A stretch of DNA of 20,000 bases. Source: Vermamoeba vermiformis (taxonomy: Eukaryota). Under the pieces are notes generated by a model. That model was not told the DNA's origin, ran no database searches, and worked only from the letters and a program-made list of their open reading frames with translations. The stretch spans positions 120,225 through 140,224 of the forward strand of contig JBEWZL010000078.1 of assembly GCA_045837725.1 (NCBI GenBank). Reading direction: 5' to 3'. The position numbers and the translations under genes were made by a program. Position 1 is the first letter of the stretch. Every line of letters starts with the position of its first letter. Positions 11,923 to 20,000 of this stretch are shown one piece after another.

Positions 11923-12160
11923 CTAGGAAATGAATTAAACTTACTTTGGTAGATAGTGCATTTTGACCCATTTTTGTCACTGACTGGAATAGGACTCAGG
12001 TTGGAGCCTAAATAGAATATGATTAGGAATGCTAATAGTATGCAATGGCTTTTGAACAATACCATTAAATCACTACTAGCATTTTATATATATTTAGGCT
12101 TACCCATCTTATGGGTTATGGGGTTTTGATGCCTTATAGTCAGGGCAAACTTGTTCATAA

Positions 12161-12568
12161 GGAGGGTCATCATCCAGAAAGATGCGACCTCGTTTGGCAT
12201 AGGAGGTCGTCGTCCAGGAGGATGCAACCTCGTTTGGCAAGGGAGGTCGTCGTCCAGTAGGATGCAACCTCGTTCGGCAAAGGAGGTCGTCGTCCAGGAG
12301 GATGCAACCTGTTTCGGCAAGGGAGGTTGTCGTCCAGGAGGATGCGACCTCATTTGGCAAGGGAGGTCGTCGTCCAGGAGGATGCGACCTCATTCGGCAA
12401 GGGAGGTTGTCGTCCAGGAGGATGCAACCTCATTTGGCAAGGGAGGTCGTCGTCCAAGAGGATGCGACCTCATTTGGCAAGGGAGGTCGTCGTCCACGAG
12501 GATGCAACCTGTTTCGGCAAGGGAGGTTGTCTAGGAGGATGTGACCTTGTTTGGCAAGGGAGGTTGGA
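12161..12568. repeat. 40-bp minisatellite, ~10 copies, each unit self-complementary
   Basis: Consensus GGAGGTCGTCGTCCAGGAGGATGCRACCTCRTTYGGCAAG, with units starting at 12202, 12242, 12282 and so on. First and last units are degenerate. Confidence 0.97.
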
Positions 12569-12621
12569 CATTGCCCAAGAGCGTGCAACAAAATAAATTA
12601 CAAATAAAACTTTTATTTCAA

Positions 12622-14009
12622 TCACAAAACCGGTTTGTACTTTTTGGCCATCTTCTTGTATTTGTTATTAATTTTGCGGCGTGTCTTTTCCACAAAATTT
12701 AGGGGCTCTAGCTCATCTTCACTCTCTGTTTCATCATTGGCATCATCCAAATCTCCTTTTCTATAAAACATTAGTAATTGGTTAGAATTGAAGTTTAATA
12801 CCTCTTAAGTAAAAAAGTGAAGCTTCCAAATGCTGTTGCTGGTGGACTTTGCTTGACCAGTGCATCAATATGTCTGTGCGTTTGTTCAACAAAACTCGGG
12901 GTGGAGATAGCCCAATTGGTTGGGAGCTGTGCTACAGTCCTTGTTGAGAAGCATATCAATTCTTGGTGAGATGAAAGATTGCCAACAGGTTTAATTGCCA
13001 AGCAAAACACTGGTCGGCCGTGATAGACAGATCTATTGAAGCATCGCACAAATATTGAGCGAAATTGTTGCCATTGGGAGTCCAGAAATGTCGCGTAGTT
13101 GAAGTTATCACCAAAATAAACATCCAGTTGACGCAAGTATGTTCGACACACTCGAATAAGCAAGGCTTGGTTATTTGCAGACTTGAGAAAAGAGTGCGCA
13201 TTAACCCATGGTGGAACACCTAACAACCACGTTAGTGTCATTGCCGATTGTTGTGACTCTTACCAAAATAGTGATGTAGACGTTCGGCAATCTCATTGTG
13301 TAGAAAGGGCCCAAGGCCATTAAAAAATTGATTGCTGGATAACACCTCAAATAAAGATGCATGTCCAAACAAGTTTTCATGCTGGCAAAATATCTGATGC
13401 AGTTGATTTTCAAATAAACCCTGCTCAAGGTGGATATCAGGACCGTAAGTTGGATTCCATGCTAAGCAAGACTGGTAAGAAGCTGATTTTGACGAAATTG
13501 CACGGTTTGACAGGAAGATTAAAGCACTAGACCCAGCTTGTAACTCTAGCTCCACCAAATCTTGATTTCCACTTGTTAAAGCTGAAAGGTTGCTAGTGAA
13601 AACATAGTATCCTTCGACTGGTAGACATAAAATGAGAGCAGAAAGGTCAGTGAAAATCAAAGCCACTTCAGAGCCACGTGAAACAACCTATTAAATCCTC
13701 AACGTCGTGATTATTAAGCATATAAATAAAAGTAATGAGAGTGAGTAAATAAGATTTATTGTAACACAACATTACATCTATTGTCTGGCGAACTCTTACC
13801 AATTTGACCGTTAACGGAGCCGCTTGGTTAAATTTCTTTACTTGAGCTTCGGTGATCGTGCTGTACCGGTGATTCAAAAGCTTGCTAAAGGTTACACCAC
13901 GAGTATTTTTCAAAAGCCATCGTTGAAACAATTTGAAATCGGAAAACTCTGCCACTACAAAGAGTTAGAAATTAAATCCGGATTGAAAAAAAATTATAAA
14001 TAAATCACT
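12622..14009 (-). CDS. NEIL1: Endonuclease VIII-like 1 (NEIL1-like, Fpg/Nei family) DNA glycosylase homologue with divergent catalytic residues, ~386 aa
   Basis: Exons 13954-13776, 13687-13264, 13219-12802 and 12760-12622. The start ATG is probably split by intron 14008-13955, but this is uncertain. The translation follows NEIL1 motif order: (M)AEFSDFKL vs MPEGPELHL; SRGSEVALIF vs ARGKELRLIL; WNPTYGPDIHLE vs WQPGRGPCVLQE; H2TH SLFEVLSSNQFFNGLGPFLHNEIAERL vs PICEALLDQRFFNGIGNYLRAEILYRL; GVPPW vs KIPPF; FRSIFVRCF..HGRPVF vs FRAWLRCY..HGRTIW. Reference motifs are human NEIL1 recalled from memory. Confidence 0.8.
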
Positions 14010-14738
14010 CTAATTATGTAAAGGATATTTCTTAAATTAATTAATTAATGCATACGTACATCTGGTTTAAATTAAAGCCCACCCGCTGAGTAGGTAAAAG
14101 ATCGGATGTGCGTTCGCCGCAACTCCGATCAGCAGCGTGCACAGAACAAACACGCTATCATCTGCAGTCACCGTACGAAGCGACAAATTATACTTACTTG
14201 ATTTTCTTGGTACACAAATTCATGTGTGCCGTGTTGCACGTCACGAATCACTTTCTACTTGATCGAAATTTTGAAATGTTGTATTTCTTCTGTGCACGTG
14301 TGCAACACCACACATGTTTGCAAAATATTTTATTAATAGTATTCGGTACGTTAACGTGGGCTGCGAAGGTCCACTCCGTCGACTGCGTTTGGTTGACCAT
14401 CCGAAGCAGATTTGAGTACGTTAGCTCAAATTGCTTCTCATATATTGGAGTGCGTTAGCTCCACCCTCTGCAGGCTCACGCTTACTAACTAAATTTGAAG
14501 ACGGACGAATCTGTCTTCAAAAATAGGAATTAAATCGAAAACGCTTAGAAATTATGGTACGTGGCTTGCCGCCACTATTATAAATATAGAATAATTTATT
14601 TTACTGTTTTGCATTAATTTTGCTTAGTTTTAAGGCCATCTGATTTTTGATCTCGCATGCGATCTAAAACGCGATAGTAATTAAAATTTAATTCAAAATT
14701 ACATTGTTTATTATTTATCAACATATTTAACTCGTTAG

Positions 14739-17700
14739 ATGCAGGCCACGGCATCCTTGCAGCCCTTGTCCCTCAAATCCAAGGTCGACATTTACCTGAA
14801 CTTCTTGGTGAAATCGAGAAATCGAATGTGGTTCGACAATAACTTCGCCGACTTGCTCGTGCGTCAGATTCAGCTGTTTCCGAAGTGGATCACGCGCGAA
14901 GACTTCATTTTCTACTTCGTCTATTTTGCCTTCCACAAAATGCTGCCGCCATTAGTACTCGAGAAAACTTACTATCCGACTTGGTACTTCGCATACCGGC
15001 AGAAGATAGCGGACTCTCTCGCGTTGGATGTACGCAGTCAACCTTGGGCCGATTTCAGCACAACATTCAACGCATTTCCGTACCGACTGCAAGCTGCAAT
15101 GCAGCTGTGTGCCGTGCGTGGCACGAGTCGCACGGTTATATCCGGAGCAGAAGTCCACTCGCAGTTTTATTGGCTTTGGTGTGCCTTACGGTACAAAATG
15201 TCGTACTGGCAAACGGACCAATCGTTGCGAGTGCTGTTAGACGAGCTCGAGAAAGAAGAGGCTACCTGCAATTACGACTCGCCACTGTTCACGTTGGATC
15301 ACAAAAACTACCTCGCTCCTCCTCTACTAAGTATGTTCCTTCCTTATATATTATCATTATATATTATCATTATTAATCTAACTCAGAGATGCCCCCGCCA
15401 ACCTCAGCTACTGTGTCAAAAAGCCAGCAGAAGAAGAACGCTAAGGCCGACGACGCCAAAGTTGCATTCGAACGCATTGGCTTCGTAGAAGGATGCAATG
15501 GCGTAGGCGAGGGATGGTTTCATCCCGCGCAATTTGAAGAGGCTCGGGCAATTTACGTGGTTGCAAGCAAAAAGAGGAAGATCTCGAGCGGGAGCAATTT
15601 GTCAGAAACCACCCAAAAACGAAGAAAAGTAAGTTTTAAGCGAAAGAAAATTTTTTTGAACTTACTAAATCAAATTAGATCGTGCACGAGAGTGAACAAG
15701 TAGAGTTTTCGGTTGATCGAGAGGTCGAGATCGCCGAATCTCAGCCGTTCGATGAACCAGCAAGCCCAATTATACACTCTATTGGTGAAATGCCCGTAAG
15801 TAATTATTTTTGTAATTATTTTTATAATCTAAACGCGTCTTGCTTAGGATTCACCGAACATACCCGCATCTCCACCAACATCTCTTTCTGTGTCCTTTTC
15901 CGAGAAGAGCCAGAAACAAAAGAGTGCAACCTTACAAGCATTCGAAGACTTGATGGTAACAGATGTACGCCCGGGCGAGAGTGACGCTCTATTGTCGACT
16001 CTTGCGTCCTCACCCAGTGTCGCATCCGAAAGCCTTTTTTGGCGCATCGATACAGTAGACATACGCGATACGTTATTACAAACAATGGCTTGGGTAAGTG
16101 CGTCGAATTTCTAACACTCCTCACTAACACAATTGAAGTACAAAGATCGAGACACTTTCGAGTTTCGCTGGACTCCAGATCTAGAGGCACTTGTCGCTGG
16201 ATTGCCTGAAGACCAAGCTCATGAATTAATTCTCAAAAAATATATCGTAAGTTGGCGTGTTAATTTAACTCCCTGATCGATAATAATCGGCTTTGTAGGA
16301 AAAGACAGCAACGCTCGATCTGATTTCAACGTTAGGACTTTATGTAAGTAACTCTGATTATTTAGCTGGAGTTAGGTCACGTACTAACATCTAGTAGCCC
16401 AAAACAGGACGCTTAAAAGCCTATTTAATGGCTAAGCAACTGTGGGACAGGCGCAATCCACCACCTTTCAGTACCGAAGGTTTCTTGTCCCTACCGAACG
16501 ATTGCTGGCTAGGCCTCATTTGGGATCTCATCGACACACCAATGACTCTTGCGGCACTTACGCAAACATGCCGGCAGGCGTTATTCATGGTTTGTGCGTG
16601 TTTTGGGGTGTGCCCGTCCTGGCAACGTTTCAAAGTCTTTGGCAAGTACGCACACCTCGCCATCAAGTTCAACATCCTCAAGCACGAGCGAATAAGCTGC
16701 TATCACTTCAATCCCGATACTCTTCGCACATTTATCGACTCGGGGTCGTTCACGAACTTGCGCGAGGCACACTTTCATCGCTTCACCCTGACACCAACTG
16801 ACATCGCCAAAGTACTTCAAAATGGTACCACCATTCGTTCGCTAGCTTTTCATGGAACAATTTTAATCCCAGATCTGGACCCCAGCTTTGATCAGATGTA
16901 CGGAGATACGAATCTAAAAATTTTATACTTACTAATAGTTTCTTAGGCTTACTCAAATCCGAGCGCTGCAAATAACCGAACCCAATGCCACGTCCAAGAA
17001 AGACCGTCTTCCTGTGGCGCAGTTCCTGATTCCCAAACTTTTCCCAAATCTGGCCGTACTTTCGCTACGAAACATGACTTCAGCCACACAAACGTACCAG
17101 TTACCGGCAACACTATCTACAACTCTACTCTTTGTGGACTTGCGAACAACTCAGTGGGTCAACAATTTTTTTGGATTTCTAAAGCTTCGCAATCCGACAA
17201 CCACATCCGTCTTGCAAGAGCTTTATCGGCTGATGCCAAATCTCCGTGGGCTACGCATACCATTAGCTGAGCGCACTACAAAAGAAAAGAAGGTGGTGAG
17301 CGTTTCCTTTCCGCCCCCACCAGCTTCTCTAGAGTTTTTGGAACTTTTTGGATTTGCCGATCAGGACGTAGAACTTAATCTTTGGGAGGTGGACATCGGC
17401 AAAAATCTTAGGCATATAAGTTTGGTGAATATTTTTATTCGCCTAACTCAGAGGCCACCTTCTCTACCTCCTCCGGACTACGCCGATGATTTTGGTCTCG
17501 ACCAGCGGTATTGGGTCTTATATATTGGCGGCACCGATCACAAGATCAACCGTCGTATTTTCGAAAGCATCGTACGACAGCAACCGTAAGTAAAATACTA
17601 GCTGCGGATGGCGATTTAGCTAACTTGATTAATTTAGTTTTTCGTGGAACTACAAAGAGGGCGTACAACCACGCCTAATTAACTCGCCAAATATATTCGC

Positions 17701-17953
17701 TCGACGGTACGACATTGCCCAAAAGGTAGCAACTCTTGGCTACACGGATTTGGAGAAGAAGATCCTCACCGAGCGAACTTCGGGTTGCCCAGTTTTCATG
17801 CCTGCCGTGCCCGACTTTCAAAGAACGTCAATATCAATTCAAGGAGAATACAAGTTCCTGATGAACACTCCAGGCGTGTTCGTTGTGAACCGTAACGAAT
17901 TTGCTCGCAAAGAAGATTTCTTCCTGCCGTTTATAGCGGCCGATCGTTACTAA
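14739..17953 (+). CDS. Multi-exon F-box/LRR-like protein with long unknown N-terminal region, ~930 aa
   Basis: Nine exons join in frame (introns ~15331-15386, 15629-15678, 15796-15847, 16094-16138, 16247-16298, 16344-16397, 16898-16946, 17586-17637). F-box-like FLSLPNDCWLGLIWDLIDTPMTLAALTQTCRQA at ~16482. LRR-like units follow: FTNLREAHF, FPNLAVLSL, MPNLRGLRI, SLEFLELFGF, NLRHISL. NLS-like KKRK and KRRK. The true start may be in an upstream exon, since 14739 directly follows an AG. Confidence 0.7.
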
Positions 17954-18095
17954 ACTTCACATAAATTCGACCAATCCCGGAGCCTTCCACTTTTTGGTTC
18001 AGCACTAGTTTTTTGTCCTCCCCCAATTTATCCACTCTTTTTGTACCGAGCAACACAAACGAGAGTAAGTACCGTAAAATATAGTTCAAGGATCG

Positions 18096-19946
18096 ATGTC
18101 CTTGATGGGTAAGCACGGAGCTTACCTTAGGCAACGTTCTCCGTCTGCGTTGGAGGGAGAACGTTATTTCTGAATCTCATTAACACCATGTATTTGTTAG
18201 TGGACGTTCTGCGTACTGTTGAACAACTGGCGGCCAAGCGAAACAATAAATCCAGTCACGTAACCCGCACATCACCTCCTGGCACTAGATCCCGTTCAGG
18301 CTTGAAGCGACGACGAAAGCTCTCGCCTTCTGTTGGTTTTACACCAAGACGCAAGAAACAGAAGGTTTCTGATGGTGCTAAAGATAACCTGGAGGTAAAA
18401 TCGGTGAACCTCAACCGGAGATTTTGGCGCTCATTATTTAATTTCTTTTTTTAGAGTCCGCTGACTCCTCAACCCACGCCTCCCCCCACGACCCCTGTTC
18501 GTTCGGCATTGCCACGACAAGCAAAAGTTAACCGGCCTCTTACCTACGAGTCTTCACCTGAACCAAGCCAAAGCGTTCAAAGTGGTGAATCCTCGTTGAA
18601 CGCTATGAGCGAGGAAGAAGAAGCGGCCTCTGTTGACCTTGAAACTGCAGATCTTGCAAAAAAAGATTGGGCCGATCTCCGTGCGCAGGATCAACCAACA
18701 CGTTCTGACGAGGAGTTCGTTGCCTCAGAGGAACTGGACAATGGAGATGAAGAGGGTGATTATGAGCCTTCTGAGGGGCCTGCTTCATCTTCGTTCGGCA
18801 CTTCGAAGAGCTCGCTTCGATCGAACAGTCTTGGTCAGGCAAGTACTACTCACAAAAATTAAGTTTTATAGCACCTATTAATATTTACGTTAGGACGACT
18901 CTGCTATCGGCGAGGAGGGTGATGAAAATCTGTCCGAGTTGAGCAACATCTCGGAAGAATCCGCATCTGATTTTCCCGAAACTGCCTCCAGCGTGCCCGA
19001 GCCTCCTGAGAACCACTCTATTGCCAACAATGCGATTACCGTCAACAAAGGTGCCCAAGGCCATGTTGAGAAAGCAGTTGTGGAAGCGAATGCGGATGCC
19101 GATGCGACCGCGGAGCACAGAATCGACTTCAACGTTGCGAAAAAAGGATCATGTACACTTGTATTTCACATAAATATTCACTAAGAGTGTTTATTAATCC
19201 ATTGTTTGTTGTTTAGCCAAAAGTTCTCGATCAGATGAAGTTCGGCAACAGTTTATCGGCAAGCTACTCGAAGTTATCGATAAGTTGCCCGAACACGACA
19301 TTAAGTTGCGAGTGTTGCAGACTTCAAATGGGGCCTCGTTACAGGCAGTGGTGTGCAACGCTGACGAATATCCGCTGAGTCAACATGCGCTTGTTGACAT
19401 AGAAAACATCAAGCGCGAGGTGATCAAAGCACGCGAAAAGGAGGCTACAGACTTCGGTAAGTTTATTCTATAATATGATATTATTCATCTTGCTTACGTG
19501 TATCGCAGACGGCGTACCAGCCTCTGTCATGAACGCCATCCGCGCATGTAACTTCTCGGACGTATTATATCAGAGTGTAATGAACTCTGAGAAGCAAATA
19601 CGTGTCGAGGGTTTCGACTTAGCGCTCGTTGGTCTGAGCAATTTAATTGTCAGAGACATGCTGCCGATTTCGAATGAAGACACTAATGACATGATCATCT
19701 CGCGCATCAACCGTGTCCTCAAGCGGCTAACTACAGTCGCAACGATGCAGCTAGATGGGGTTAGGGTTAGGGTTAGGGTTAGGGTTAGGGTTAGGGTTAG
19801 GGTTAGGGTTAGGGTTAGGGTTAGGGTTAGGGTTGGGGTTAGGGTTAGGGTTAGGGTTAGGGTTAGGGTTAGGGTTAGGGTTAGGGTTAGGGTTAGGGTT
19901 AGGGTTAGGGTTAGGGTTAGGGTTAGGGTTAGGGTTAGGGTTAGGG

Positions 19947-19969
<23 letters not shown>
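18096..19969 (+). CDS. Spliced hypothetical nuclear protein (basic NLS-like, then acidic/Ser-rich disordered, then helical region), truncated by or fused to the telomere
   Basis: Exons 18096-18108, 18201-18393, 18455-18838, 18894-19152, 19217-19456 and 19509-onward are in frame. Contains KRRRKLSP..PRRKKQK. The last exon ...RLTTVATMQLDG continues into (GTTAGG)n with no stop until 19967-19969. Confidence 0.7.
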
Positions 19970-19987
<18 letters not shown>

Positions 19988-20000
19988 GGTTAGGGTTAGG
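19758..20000 (+). repeat. Telomeric repeat (TTAGGG)n, ~40 copies, G-rich strand pointing to the sequence end
   Basis: Uninterrupted TTAGGG array to the window end, with one TTGGGG variant (~19833) and one TTTAGGG variant (~19965). Confidence 0.99.

Larger units (their letters stand above)
6850..14010. mobile_element. Putative CMC/Plavaka-like DNA transposon region; boundaries not defined and it may extend to the telomere
   Basis: Contains the transposase, its divergent partner gene, internal repeats, AT-rich CpG-depleted composition and loss of the CACGTG signature seen in 1-6010. No TIR or TSD was found by eye. Confidence 0.5.

Noticed and set aside
6739-12080. CACTA termini (TAGTAGTG at ~6740, CACTACTA at 12071)
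   Set aside because: They face the wrong way to enclose the transposase, and the match is only ~8 bp.
12161-12568. CRISPR-like array of palindromic repeats
   Set aside because: Units are contiguous with no unique spacers, there are no cas genes, and the context is eukaryotic.
12084-12596. Five overlapping ORFs on both strands with repetitive translations
   Set aside because: They are artefacts of the 40-bp minisatellite. The unit length is not a multiple of three, so the same peptides cycle through the frames.
14101-14670. Short inverted repeats (GTGCACAGAA/TTCTGTGCAC, hairpin at ~14406-14434) and the 116-aa ORF at 14108
   Set aside because: Too short to call a MITE, TIR or ncRNA. I saw no match to the 6.7-7.6 kb region, and the ORF has no recognisable features. 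This is probably divergent promoter DNA.
6850-19757. Endogenous giant virus or telomere-targeting retrotransposon
   Set aside because: No capsid, packaging ATPase, DNA polymerase or reverse transcriptase motifs were seen, there is no poly(A) at the telomere junction, and all genes carry host-type spliceosomal introns.

Overview
Right-hand end of a chromosome from a compact, intron-rich microbial eukaryote (standard code, mostly 40-90 nt introns with CTAAY/CTGAY branch sites, TTAGGG telomere). The gene content looks amoebozoan-like, but the taxon cannot be fixed from sequence alone. Positions 1-6272 are host-like: the 3' part of a sacsin-like gene, then a multi-exon single-pass membrane protein with an extracellular domain, a degenerate RhoGAP domain and a RasGEF (REM+CDC25) module. 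This region is strongly enriched in CACGTG. Positions ~6850-14010 look like a mobile/accessory module: a degenerate ~309-bp duplication, a small coiled-coil gene head-to-head with an intact spliced CMC (CACTA/EnSpm)/Plavaka-type DDE transposase in CpG-depleted DNA, a 40-bp hairpin minisatellite, and a full-length NEIL1-like DNA glycosylase with an altered active site. Next come an F-box/LRR gene and a final spliced gene whose reading frame runs with no stop directly into the (TTAGGG)n telomere at ~19758. All gene models were spliced by hand and all homology calls are motif recognition, not database searches.
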